From IMG/VR virus record IMGVR_UViG_3300028581_000024, positions 1-64,000 of that record: a stretch of DNA of 64,000 nucleotides. One strand, given 5' to 3'. The notes under the pieces are model-generated. The model was not told the origin of the DNA and did no database searches. It saw only the letters and a program-made list of their open reading frames with translations. This DNA comes from a virus. This document shows positions 20,301 to 29,643 of this stretch, in pieces (the first letter of the stretch is position 1; each line of letters opens with the position of its first letter). Both the position numbers and the translations under genes were made by a program.

Positions 20301-22100
20301 TGGGTACTTGATAAATATTGCACTCAAAGCAGCACTAGCAGGTGTAACTAAGGAGTCTACACCGCGGAAATAAAATATACCTGGTATTGTGTATTTTCTA
20401 TCGTACGTACTTTTCAATGATATGGGCTGGCTTGATAATATTACTGTATTACTGCCAGGCATTATACTTGCGTCATCATAGTCTATGGCTGTAAGAGCTC
20501 GTAATGGAAATATATTCTTAAGAACCCCATACTCATTGCCAAATATGTCACTACCCCAATAGGCAGGGGTGAGAGAGCCAGTTAATAGAGAGTTTTGTCT
20601 TTCCTGCAAGGGTAGAGTATCAACCTGATCTAAGCCAGACCAAATATCCGGATTGGCCCATGTACCCTGTCTATCGCCAGTCCAAAACTGAATATTATCC
20701 ACAGCTTTAGAAAAACCAGAAATATCTTTTTGCAAATCCTGCGATTGGCTTTGATAACCATAATAGAGTTGATTGTAGCTATTGGATAAGACATCACCAA
20801 ATGCAAATTGGTTTGATCTATTAATTTTATTCCATTCCACATTTATGGTGTACGCTAACGGCACATGTGTTGCATCGTCATTACTATTATATGACACGTT
20901 ACCAACCACCGCGGGATCAGGGAAAGCATAAATTGTGTTGGGTGCTATTTTAGTAGTATCAATGTCAAACGTTTTCTCTGGAGTATTATGAATGAGCAGA
21001 CCTGTGTACTGAGGTAAGAAAAATCTTCCTAGCTGATATTGAGTATATAGTGAATTTAGATTAGGTACAGATGCTGTAGTAGGGTACTGTTTGTTAAGAA
21101 AATTTAATGTGGGCGAGCTTGTGGTGGATCTTGTTGTGAATAGTATGCCACTCACTATATCTGTAATAGTGTTACCAGTACTGAGATAGTAGAAATCTGT
21201 ACCCACATACTTTGGAGCTAACATTTTCAGTACGTTCAATTTTAATTCTTCTGTACCACCACTCAAGTAAGAAACAAAATCTCTATTCTTTAAATAATAT
21301 AATTCATCACCTGATAATATGGGGTTAATTGTAAAATTACTTGTGCCTAGCGTTCTTAAGAAAAAGGGATATTGCTTGATGGCATCTATAATTGCATTTT
21401 TAAAGTTTATATATACATTAGGATAGATGGCATGTATATTCGCTGCACTCAATGACTGTCTGCTTGAACTGTATTGCTCAAAAATTCCAGTCGCGCTTAA
21501 CGGGCTAATGTTATAATATGTGTCCGTTGTATCATACAATTCTTCAACATAGACACTGAGACCTCTTGCAATGGCCGATACAGGTGGGAAGCTACATGTA
21601 TATTGGGTATAATCGATTTGATTGGTTCTCGCAGCATCAAAAATTAACTTCTTGATAAGATTCTCAACGCCTAAATTGCTGCCGCGTAAATTATGTTGAA
21701 TAGGCGCTGTTTTTATTTCCTCCCTAGTATTTGCATAAAATAGACAAATACTCTTTATTTTTTGAATAAAAAACGGCAGGATAACATCAAGATCGAGTGA
21801 GTCAGAGAAGTTGGCATTACTAATAAAGCGCTTCTCTTCTTCTGTACTAAAGTTCACAACAATTTCCCGTAAGATCTGTATATAAGAATCCCGAACAATA
21901 TTTTGCGCTTCAGTCTTATTCTTGCCCTTGTACGCACTCCACTCTAGAATATAGTTTTTATAGCTTTGAAACGTTACATTGATATCGAAGTTAATTAGGT
22001 TTTGTTGATTGAACCATTGCAAAAATGTAACTGGTGCATAATAATCCAGAGGCTCTTGCGATTCATCTAGAATACTATATTTAAATGCATTTGTACTCAT
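17304..22100 (-). CDS. Large baseplate/fibre protein with C-terminal InlB B-repeat-like domains
   Basis: Repeated KTGTGSGVVVTDP..IDCG..C, VVLSAIPARGYQFKGW, SEFGGWVGGPC motifs typical of divergent InlB B-repeats. Confidence 0.7.
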   Translation of the reverse strand: MSTNAFKYSILDESQEPLDYYAPVTFLQWFNQQNLINFDINVTFQSYKNYILEWSAYKGKNKTEAQNIVRDSYIQILREIVVNFSTEEEKRFISNANFSDSLDLDVILPFFIQKIKSICLFYANTREEIKTAPIQHNLRGSNLGVENLIKKLIFDAARTNQIDYTQYTCSFPPVSAIARGLSVYVEELYDTTDTYYNISPLSATGIFEQYSSSRQSLSAANIHAIYPNVYINFKNAIIDAIKQYPFFLRTLGTSNFTINPILSGDELYYLKNRDFVSYLSGGTEELKLNVLKMLAPKYVGTDFYYLSTGNTITDIVSGILFTTRSTTSSPTLNFLNKQYPTTASVPNLNSLYTQYQLGRFFLPQYTGLLIHNTPEKTFDIDTTKIAPNTIYAFPDPAVVGNVSYNSNDDATHVPLAYTINVEWNKINRSNQFAFGDVLSNSYNQLYYGYQSQSQDLQKDISGFSKAVDNIQFWTGDRQGTWANPDIWSGLDQVDTLPLQERQNSLLTGSLTPAYWGSDIFGNEYGVLKNIFPLRALTAIDYDDASIMPGSNTVILSSQPISLKSTYDRKYTIPGIFYFRGVDSLVTPASAALSAIFIKYPEQVREEMSSSVLYFNMYYDTFVLETANYVIIDSLSYDFDASKIINNNTVGFYMPKYFTDSKLERFAGEWYSERENTLYVAFLNLLPYLSGSNYKILYPTIYKTPLTNINVEKIYPSTITSNFSINSYSLSAGFAEPPQINIVEIDGVSFTKSEKKSLFNFTYLAKNLNGMPLFVNEQLKDGDWDRFLETFNPRMFRPYYFVYDNNYYNPSMPFLVKYVGAVGGTMGGQFIKSGYFDVGFAGENKELTYLFADGIKPVQMNNIGTYIVQFDWESYNELTVFVGCSGFPIKNIGNNLIFNSNTQNAVVLDTYGETIGEAIAFSTTYATVTSLSAISYYPVLTAMADILSINTISGQQLNSLPGQTNYGLIPSLYGDYNKWVVSTLPTLTIEEFNATIQTYSYMLTVTAVSGDTFAGVVDPPFTSLGYTLSAAIYLYPYADYVNFTAPINCEIIRPTYPDPSVLKFIFTSPVSSVDSIPFCNDPQSIYRDVYITKTGTGSGVVVTDPYCIDCGSICFNQFPYSSTVSIIASANSVSEFGGWVGGPCDGSIFSDCAFNITSSQIITAVFNAIPFYTIEAFSLGYYVTPDYVIDVGRVTTTDGIISTPIAFSHSYKRNANISLSAQPAISGWWFMGLDGGPCAGISDRYICSFSVTEPASVSAYYVRYYDYNVTVNTVTTASDLIDYGRVISTTEFDNTYNINCSGRTIGGQTGTCTYPFTGTGQINGIGTAVVLSAIPARGYQFKGWTNTPSYATTVEDATSFVIASDVSLSAVFDIGFYTLSIIFSGGGVGYVKNDTLGIYAQAENPNFATEYNILSGTVLTLYASAFAGNTTMGLSSRTTVLGFGISAIPITMDTDVTMVATFSAGNFYTLQIQRFGTNCGVTSSVPPRINCGPAGGPICTAVFAAGTLASVQTTLTNACQVSAYFGDGVIYPYAAGAGITFTPSITAELIENESLLLSDASLSLDTTGAPYVSSGNIRISNGEVRIPITTNRIISAYLY

Positions 22101-22103
22101 TTG

Positions 22104-25100
22104 TTATGCTCCATAGGTTAGGTCTTGTGTATTGTAATTTAATAGTTGAGATAGATATTGTAAGTCTTTATTTGCGGGAATAGGCACTGGGGCGACTGGA
22201 CTATCAACTACAACTGGCACCTTGAACAGCTCCAATCCCTCATACAGGGCACGGGCAAGTACTGTTTCCATGATTCCACCATATTTTTGCCACTCCTGAT
22301 AATTGTTGTCTGTTGACAGAATAGTGGTAAGCGGGTTATTAAAATCAATTACATTATCAACCACATTGTTGGCAGCATAGGGGTTGTATTGATAAAACAT
22401 ATAGTATGGTTTAATATCTATGCCCGATTGTGCCTTATTTCCAGTAACTAACCCCCATCCCCAGTAATAATTTACACCACTTAGCGGGTATTGCTCACCT
22501 ACAACAACTGGGACACCGTTTGTCTCTGGTATTATAGTATTGCTTATGAGTTTGTACTTCTCGCTAAACTTCTCGTATGCCACAACAGGCTGACCTACCG
22601 TAAATGCACCTGTGTCGATCGATATCTCCGCGCCAAGATTACTCCCCAAATCATATCGAAAAGTGCTCAATCCAAAATTTTGATTGTATTGATTTGTACT
22701 GCCAAATAATTTTGAGTGATTGATACTAAGCAAATCCACGCTTCGTTTCAATTTAGAGGGGTACCCTGAAGTGAAATCGTAATACTGCAGCCCATACTGT
22801 TGAGCTAAACTTTTTAGAGACTCTGTTGTACATGTCTCTGGGTCAGAGGTGTTTGCATTGAAATTGGCTATTCTTTCGTAAATAGTTTTACCTAAAACCT
22901 CTGGTGGGCTATTGTAGTCTCCAACTATCTGTCCAATAAAATCATCCAACAATATATTCTTATCAAATAGAGATTCCTGCAGAATGTAACTCTTATAACT
23001 GGCAGCTTGATCAAAGTTTTCATTTATTTTATTGATAATAGGGGTGTTTTGTATTATATTAAAAAGATTGCTTGTGCCTCGTATAATTCTTGGAAGTGGG
23101 TTTATTATAGAGGCGTACTTGTTGACCCACCGAACACCTGTCCAATCTCCAAATACACTGTAAAATGCTTGCATGCCATCAGGCGCAGTCAATTGAATAT
23201 CTGGTAAATTTAAATTATATAATGATGAAAGTGGCGGTTGGGTAGCAGTATTTTGAGGAAAGAAGTAAATTTTTCCCTCGTAGTTATGGAGAATCCAGAC
23301 ATACCCTTCATTATCAGCAGCCACACCATCTATGCCTTGGTAATATCGTGAGTCAAAATTAGAGCTACCAATGAAATATTCTTGCACATCATTAGTTGTG
23401 GAGTGAATACGAGAGAGATTGGAGAATGCATGATGCACCCAGATATTCTGATACAAGTCTATGGTAATATTGCCAATGCTGTTGAATTGCAGTGGGTAAC
23501 CTGATACTAAATTCAGATTGGAATCCCACTTGTATATATTATCATAATTTGCAAATGCGTTCGGGTCATTTTCATTTAAATTCTTAGCAAAAGCAATTAA
23601 ATGGTTATTCTTATCTACAATAATCTCTTGTATTGATAGTGGAGCTTCAAAATTAATAACACTGAGTTGTTTTCCTGAACTACTATATTTGACTAAAAAG
23701 CTTTTAACAGGGTGACTATAACCTACCCACACATTATCTGCTGTGTCAGTATCAATGCATGATGGAAGAATTAAATTTTCACCTGTAAACCCACTCAATG
23801 TATCTTTTGATGATATGTACAGCGCAGGATCTATCAATACAGTATTTTCATATGATGGTACAGCAATTGCATCCACCACATCTGTGTTGGTATTGATGCG
23901 AATTGTTGAAATGGCGTCATACAGGGTCACCCAAGCGTTGCCCTTACTATCAATAGCAATATTTGAAGGGCTGGCGCTGTCGAGATCCCCTAGATAGGAT
24001 CTTGCCTCTGGAGCTGTGAAATTATCTATAAAAGTTGGAACAGCAGAAAGCTTGAATGTATTTAATATTGTTCCAGACAGTGTATATACATACACAATAT
24101 CTTCATCTGAATCTGCCACCCATACTTTATCAATATTACCCATGCTATACGATTTGAGTGGGGATATACTCACTGGCATAGTTGAGCTTGATGGTGTGAA
24201 GTAGGTTTGATAATTGCCTGTCAAATCAAAGTGCAGATCTTCATAATGGGCATGAGTAAAGATGGGTTCCTTGCTGAAGCGCTTTATATTCTTAAAGCCA
24301 GGCTGTCCTGCAAATCCATAACTAGCTGCTGAATTTATAACAGGACTATCTTGTATTAGAACTGCTGCACTTATTGCTACAGTTGATGCTGGGAATGCTT
24401 TGTTTAGAACACCACAAAAGTAAGCTCCGCTGCGCTGGTATTGTGGGGCATTGGTGTTTTGTCTGAAAATGGCATCATCAAGTTTGTATGTACTGAGGGT
24501 TGTAAATGCTGCTGTTGGGTCTTGTGCAACAATTCTATATAATCCCAAGCTAACGGTATTGAGATCTGTTGGATCGGACCCATCAAATTTAAATCCCGTT
24601 ATTGGTGGGTAGCATTTTGTGGTGAATTGATCCACGTCCTTAAATGTGACTACAAATGGTATATCAGTATTACACCATTTCACTGGATATATACTAAACG
24701 AATGTATGAGTTGGCTTGATAGCGGTCCTATATTTTGCTGGGTACCTTCAGTGGATATACCATTGCTTGTAATGGCAAGACTCTCTGCAGGGTTAAAAAT
24801 GGATTTCAAGTAACTTACTTGGGTTGGATAATTTACATACCCATAGGGATAGTTAGCAGTATTAAATTGCCGATCATCAATCGAGGGATCAAGTTCTAGA
24901 AATCCTTTTGTATTAAAGTTTGCATATAAAAATATTAGTGTATCGTCATTGGATGACGGGCGCTGATCAACATAAGAAACATTATAGTCAATAGATGTAC
25001 CAGTTGTACCTGCAAAAGCAGTGCCTGTCTTTTTAAAATTATAAAATTGTAGTTTGCTATAATCATCCGACCACCCAGCAAACACACTAGTACTAGTTGT

Positions 25101-25724
25101 TCGTGTGCTATCAATAAGTCTTGAGCTACCAATACCCTCTGGTGTAGTGTATGTTTCTATAAATCCAAAATAACTTCTCAAATGACTCCATTTACTTGTA
25201 TAATACGATGACACCGACATAAAATCACTATGACTACCACTTGCATACAACATGACTGTGTAGTCGTTGTCATTCAATAAATCATTATTTTGCCAAGAAT
25301 TATAGCGCCATATCTCAAGTGGATCACTTTTTTTACCCGCGGGCAGAGTGTACACACCAAGAGTTCCTGCTGGTTGTAAATTGTTAAATATGACTAAATC
25401 AGGTAACGCATTTTGCACAGTAACTGAGGCGACTGTAAGATCTGGTGTTATGCTAGCAGTTTGTGCATTTCCTAAATTATCATAAACTACTGCAGTTATT
25501 GAATATGTGCCTGGGTATTTGTAAGAGTGAATGGCACTAGGACCTGTAAACGTTGTACCATCACCAAAATTCCACAAAATACGAAATCGATTGTAGGTAT
25601 CATCGAATAAAATGGGCTTAATATAAAAAGGTGTGCTTGGCAGCGTATAACTTGTATATGTTCTTGGAGCTGTACCGGTGTCAGCTGTAGTGATTTGTAT
25701 TCTTACGGCCGTTAACGGCAACAT
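22104..25724 (-). CDS. Baseplate wedge gp7/P2 gpI-like protein with PKD and beta-propeller domains
   Basis: ILWNFGDGTT..HSYKYPGTY PKD; PSNIAIDSKGNAWV blades; DPETCTTESLKSLA gpI/gp7-like motif. Directly downstream of gp6. Confidence 0.65.
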   Translation of the reverse strand: MLPLTAVRIQITTADTGTAPRTYTSYTLPSTPFYIKPILFDDTYNRFRILWNFGDGTTFTGPSAIHSYKYPGTYSITAVVYDNLGNAQTASITPDLTVASVTVQNALPDLVIFNNLQPAGTLGVYTLPAGKKSDPLEIWRYNSWQNNDLLNDNDYTVMLYASGSHSDFMSVSSYYTSKWSHLRSYFGFIETYTTPEGIGSSRLIDSTRTTSTSVFAGWSDDYSKLQFYNFKKTGTAFAGTTGTSIDYNVSYVDQRPSSNDDTLIFLYANFNTKGFLELDPSIDDRQFNTANYPYGYVNYPTQVSYLKSIFNPAESLAITSNGISTEGTQQNIGPLSSQLIHSFSIYPVKWCNTDIPFVVTFKDVDQFTTKCYPPITGFKFDGSDPTDLNTVSLGLYRIVAQDPTAAFTTLSTYKLDDAIFRQNTNAPQYQRSGAYFCGVLNKAFPASTVAISAAVLIQDSPVINSAASYGFAGQPGFKNIKRFSKEPIFTHAHYEDLHFDLTGNYQTYFTPSSSTMPVSISPLKSYSMGNIDKVWVADSDEDIVYVYTLSGTILNTFKLSAVPTFIDNFTAPEARSYLGDLDSASPSNIAIDSKGNAWVTLYDAISTIRINTNTDVVDAIAVPSYENTVLIDPALYISSKDTLSGFTGENLILPSCIDTDTADNVWVGYSHPVKSFLVKYSSSGKQLSVINFEAPLSIQEIIVDKNNHLIAFAKNLNENDPNAFANYDNIYKWDSNLNLVSGYPLQFNSIGNITIDLYQNIWVHHAFSNLSRIHSTTNDVQEYFIGSSNFDSRYYQGIDGVAADNEGYVWILHNYEGKIYFFPQNTATQPPLSSLYNLNLPDIQLTAPDGMQAFYSVFGDWTGVRWVNKYASIINPLPRIIRGTSNLFNIIQNTPIINKINENFDQAASYKSYILQESLFDKNILLDDFIGQIVGDYNSPPEVLGKTIYERIANFNANTSDPETCTTESLKSLAQQYGLQYYDFTSGYPSKLKRSVDLLSINHSKLFGSTNQYNQNFGLSTFRYDLGSNLGAEISIDTGAFTVGQPVVAYEKFSEKYKLISNTIIPETNGVPVVVGEQYPLSGVNYYWGWGLVTGNKAQSGIDIKPYYMFYQYNPYAANNVVDNVIDFNNPLTTILSTDNNYQEWQKYGGIMETVLARALYEGLELFKVPVVVDSPVAPVPIPANKDLQYLSQLLNYNTQDLTYGA

Positions 25725-25725
25725 A

Positions 25726-27597
25726 CTAGTACTCCCTTACACTTGCAGCTTGTATGTCTGGTGTAACAACCTTGATTTGATTTAAAAGAGTATCAACATT
25801 ATACATGTACGGTACCTTGAAGTAAGGCAAAGGCAAACTTTGTGTAATAATTTGAATATCTTCACCAGGATTACTATACACAGGGTTAAAGACCAAGAAG
25901 CTTAATCCATTTCTAATAACTTCCACACCATTCACTGTTCTGGTGCAATACAGGGATACTGTGCCATCGATGTCCAGGATGGTTGTTGTTAGTTGGTCCA
26001 GACTCACTAATTGACCCAAGGTAACATTCTGGGGATCAAAATAATCTTTAATTATTTTAAAGATTTGGCGTCTAAGTTCATCTTCACTGAATCGCGAATT
26101 TGGATTTCTGGTAACAACAAGCTCAGTTCCTGCTATAATATCGGGTGTGAGCTGTTTATCATTAATTTCAGATCCAGCTGCAACACCTAGTCCGAATGCA
26201 GTATAAACAGGGTCCATTATAACAACTTCTGATGTGGCCATTTTTATATTCTGCAACCCTCGAATAATATAATCTTTCAAGCCAGTGGATAAAAAGTTAT
26301 TATTAATTTGAACACTGTTAGTTTTTTGTAGTTTAGGCACAATGTAGACGTATATGTTGTTAAAATCACAACTATCGGAAAAATTAACCTGGTTCAACAG
26401 CACCCTACTATCGGTGTTGGGCGACTTTAAACCGATATTATAATAATATCGCATATGGTCAGCAACATAATCCCAGTTATTCACAACAGCAACATCATTA
26501 ATGAAATTATCATATTTGTTTCTAATAAAAAGCTCAAAATCAGACGTTGTGATAAGTCTGTATTGGGTTTTGAAAGTATTTGCAGCGTTATTTCTCATGC
26601 TCTCTGCTGTTTCAAGTTGTGCAAAGTCTGTGGAGGCGTTTGTATTAGAAAATACAAGTGAAGCTGCTTGTGGAGAAGTTAGATACGATTGATTAGCATT
26701 TTTTGTGTTATTAAAGATGCTGGTAAATTGTGGTGTGTTGTAAATGAACAAAGTATTACCATCTAAGTTGCCTGGCCCAACTTGACCAGGTGCCCCATCA
26801 CTTTTGAGATAATACACAGCAACCAAGTAATTAGGTAGCAATTGCTGTCCATTTACATTATTACCAAATTTGATGGCATATCGTTGATTTTCATTTAATC
26901 TGCATTCAAAGCTCTTGCTAGTGGGTCCCTCAAGATACAAGCTATCCACCCGGTTCCATTGTGCCCATACACCTGACTCATCAAGCACATACACATGAAT
27001 ATTTGTATGGTCAACCAATTCATTGTTATTATCAGGTCCTGTGGCAGCAAGTGAAAACTGTTCAAAAGGCGACCCAGTGGCAATATATATTGGGTATTCT
27101 TGGAATAATCCTTGATAGAGCAAAGCTGTCTGTCCTAATTGTGTCAATAGCTCTGTGCCAGCTTCTGTTTTAATGAAAGTTGTATCTTGAGTAAAGGAAT
27201 AATTGAGACCATTAACAGTAAAGTATGAATACCTAGGAATTGTATATATGCCAGTTGGTAGCGTTGCAGGCGCAGTAGCATTAAAATTGAGAATACTTGT
27301 TTGAAACCCAATTGGATTGTAATTTAAAGCCTTGACAATTTTATTCATGTTCTCATAAAGCTGTGCTTGGTTGTACATACTCTCACTTGCTGTTTTGTTG
27401 AGATAAAATAATAAAACATGATAGCTATATGCAATAATGTCGAGTAAGCTATTAAAATTACTACCTTCGTAAATTTGATCGGTAAACACGCCGCCCTGTG
27501 TTAAACGCTGCTGCATTAATGATTTGAGAGTAGTGGCGTCAAACGCAGCATATGCATTAAACGGCAAGTCAAATTGATTGCTAGTTATTGTTTTCAT
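25726..27597 (-). CDS. gp6: Baseplate wedge subunit
   Basis: FTDQIYEGSNFNSLLDIIAY, IVKALNYNP, IKFGNNVNG, VYYLKSDG, ETAESMRNNA, RLITTSDF. Confidence 0.92.
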   Translation of the reverse strand: MKTITSNQFDLPFNAYAAFDATTLKSLMQQRLTQGGVFTDQIYEGSNFNSLLDIIAYSYHVLLFYLNKTASESMYNQAQLYENMNKIVKALNYNPIGFQTSILNFNATAPATLPTGIYTIPRYSYFTVNGLNYSFTQDTTFIKTEAGTELLTQLGQTALLYQGLFQEYPIYIATGSPFEQFSLAATGPDNNNELVDHTNIHVYVLDESGVWAQWNRVDSLYLEGPTSKSFECRLNENQRYAIKFGNNVNGQQLLPNYLVAVYYLKSDGAPGQVGPGNLDGNTLFIYNTPQFTSIFNNTKNANQSYLTSPQAASLVFSNTNASTDFAQLETAESMRNNAANTFKTQYRLITTSDFELFIRNKYDNFINDVAVVNNWDYVADHMRYYYNIGLKSPNTDSRVLLNQVNFSDSCDFNNIYVYIVPKLQKTNSVQINNNFLSTGLKDYIIRGLQNIKMATSEVVIMDPVYTAFGLGVAAGSEINDKQLTPDIIAGTELVVTRNPNSRFSEDELRRQIFKIIKDYFDPQNVTLGQLVSLDQLTTTILDIDGTVSLYCTRTVNGVEVIRNGLSFLVFNPVYSNPGEDIQIITQSLPLPYFKVPYMYNVDTLLNQIKVVTPDIQAASVREY

Positions 27598-28064
27598 TAA
27601 TTAAAATAATATCCGGAATCACTTAAAACCCCTTTTAAACTGACTCCTGTAATATTTAACTTCGGAACATCAATTAGCATAAAGATGTTGTATTGATTAT
27701 TATCTTCATCAACTTCAACGTTAAGCTTTCTCATTGTTATACGAGGTTCATACTTACTTACACCTTTTAGGATAGTTTCTCCTATAATTCTGCCTTGTTG
27801 TCGAGTAGCTTGGACGAATAGATACTGTGTTAAGTTTAACCCATAAACGGGGTTAAGAATTTTTTGACCAGGCATAGTAGTGAAGAGATTAAATAGACTA
27901 TTTTTTATTGCACCAATATCTTCCGAAATTTGAATATCTTTTACTTCCCTTCGCTTGAGAAGCTGAGTATTTCGTGTATAGTCTATTTTCACGTCCAGTA
28001 ACAAGTCTTTATAGAGAGAGCCAGAGACAGATGAGGTTACGGAATTGACTACTATTGCTGCCAT
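27597..28064 (-). CDS. gp25: Baseplate wedge/sheath initiator
   Basis: DIGAIKNSLFNLFTTMPGQKILNPVYGLNL..LF, KYEPRI. Confidence 0.92.
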   Translation of the reverse strand: MAAIVVNSVTSSVSGSLYKDLLLDVKIDYTRNTQLLKRREVKDIQISEDIGAIKNSLFNLFTTMPGQKILNPVYGLNLTQYLFVQATRQQGRIIGETILKGVSKYEPRITMRKLNVEVDEDNNQYNIFMLIDVPKLNITGVSLKGVLSDSGYYFN

Positions 28065-28069
28065 AGTAT

Positions 28070-28108
28070 TATTTATATAAGGATAATTGTTCTATAAGAA
28101 CATAAATA
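28070..28108. promoter_or_regulatory. Divergent pair of late promoters
   Basis: Minus TATAAATA (28070-28077)-atact-ATG gp25; plus CATAAATA (28101-28108)-ctatat-ATG 28115. Confidence 0.8.
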
Positions 28109-28114
28109 CTATAT

Positions 28115-28720
28115 ATGAATAAGTTTGTTAAGCTGTATGAGTCAGCAATCCAGAGGTATACACGTGGTGGGTTTCTAACGGGAGATTTGGTAAAATTCAT
28201 AGATTATGCATTTAAAGATGATTTCTTCAAAAAACAATCACCAAACTATGTTCAAAAGGCTAAAGCTTTTAGCGAAGGCGGTTTAAACATAAGAGTTAGT
28301 GCTGTGAAAGCTGTAAGACCTACGATCCATTCTGGTGACGTACAGAACGAAGCAGATGAGTTTCTAATTGATATTGTGCAAGAGTTAGCACCCGGGTGCT
28401 ATAAAGAATTTATAACAATACCAGCTCATTTACTTTCGCCTATTGATGTTTATCCGAATCTATTACCAGTACCAGATAGCTTAAAAAGACACAATCACAC
28501 CATAGTTAAGCCTCAAGAGGTTGATATTAAGGACGAAGAAGAATTATGCCTATCCCCACACCGTCAAACTCTTACTAGCGATGTTGGTGACAAGAAAGAT
28601 TCTGAAGGCGATAGAAAGCTCAATAACTTCAATACAAAAATTCCTAGCTTACCAGCAAAAGATGAATCTAATCCAAGCGTTGATTCAGGTACTCACAGAT
28701 ATCTACCTAAGAAGCGCTAA
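28115..28720 (+). CDS. Hypothetical late protein (candidate head-internal protein)
   Basis: 201 aa with its own late promoter; N-terminus MNKFVKLYE. Confidence 0.7.
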   Translation: MNKFVKLYESAIQRYTRGGFLTGDLVKFIDYAFKDDFFKKQSPNYVQKAKAFSEGGLNIRVSAVKAVRPTIHSGDVQNEADEFLIDIVQELAPGCYKEFITIPAHLLSPIDVYPNLLPVPDSLKRHNHTIVKPQEVDIKDEEELCLSPHRQTLTSDVGDKKDSEGDRKLNNFNTKIPSLPAKDESNPSVDSGTHRYLPKKR

Positions 28721-29642
28721 TATCAGATAAAGCCAGCACTAAGCAATAAAAATTAATTTCTTGATCAACTACAAACGCTGATCTATACATATACTCACCA
28801 ATAGTAATCAGCCATAGCTTTTTTTGATGCTCCCCTAAAGAGTAGTTGCCATTGCAAGTAGAATCAAACAGTGATTTCATTAATAAAGAATAATCGCCTT
28901 GAAATGCTGCCTCATTTTCAATAATTAACTTTCGAACAGCCTGAGCTTTCTTGCTAGTAATTAAAGTGATTATCTTATCGGTAAATTCATCTTGAATATT
29001 TAAATCGGGTATTGATAAAGTACCAGTAATACTATATTTTTGCATTTCATTAATGCACTTACGTATATCAGGAAAATATTTTCGAACTAACCCTACTAAC
29101 TTCTTCTTATTACCCTCATCAACAACAATATTTTCCATCTTAAGAATAGTATAGCATCTCTTAAGAACATCTGGTAAGCTTGGTTCTAAATCTATAAACT
29201 GACACCGGCTTTGCAGAGGTCCAATGACTCTATGCTTATAATTACAGGTTAAAATAAACCTACAATGTGCGGCGTACTCTTCCAAAACATTGCGTAACGA
29301 TCTTTGAGCCTCCATGGAAGCCATACCATCTACTTCATCAAGCAAAACAATTTTCTTTTTTCCATTAAAACTCTTTGTTCTACTAAACCCGGTTATATCA
29401 TTTCTTACTGCGTCAATTCCAACTTCAGAACAATTCTGATAGATATGCTCTGCATCTAGAGCCGCAATTAAAACCTTTGATGTAGTTGTCTTGCCTATGC
29501 CTTGATGGCCACAAAACATTAAATTAGGAATTTCCTCGTTCTTTACAAACGAATTAATTATTTTTCTTGTATTGTCGGATAAAACGATATCACTAACGTT
29601 TTTAGGGCGATATTTTTCTACCCAAAGCTTATCTACATCCAT
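28707..29642 (-). CDS. gp44: Clamp loader AAA+ subunit (RFC-like)
   Basis: LWVEKYRP, GHQGIGKTT, LLDEVD, FILTCNY, PLQSRC, FPDIRKCIN. Start set to Met32 (29642), 1 nt after the dUTPase stop. Confidence 0.93.
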   Translation of the reverse strand: MDVDKLWVEKYRPKNVSDIVLSDNTRKIINSFVKNEEIPNLMFCGHQGIGKTTTSKVLIAALDAEHIYQNCSEVGIDAVRNDITGFSRTKSFNGKKKIVLLDEVDGMASMEAQRSLRNVLEEYAAHCRFILTCNYKHRVIGPLQSRCQFIDLEPSLPDVLKRCYTILKMENIVVDEGNKKKLVGLVRKYFPDIRKCINEMQKYSITGTLSIPDLNIQDEFTDKIITLITSKKAQAVRKLIIENEAAFQGDYSLLMKSLFDSTCNGNYSLGEHQKKLWLITIGEYMYRSAFVVDQEINFYCLVLALSDISAS

Positions 29643-29643
29643 A

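Noticed and set aside
5294-25724. Diversity-generating retroelement or invertible tail-fibre cassette
   Set aside because: No reverse transcriptase or recombinase, and no near-identical template/variable repeat pair seen; the shared tags are similar only at protein level.
5294-25724. Impression of different codon/dinucleotide usage (fewer CG) in the adhesin block
   Set aside because: Cannot be quantified by eye and may only reflect amino-acid composition; needs a sliding-window calculation.
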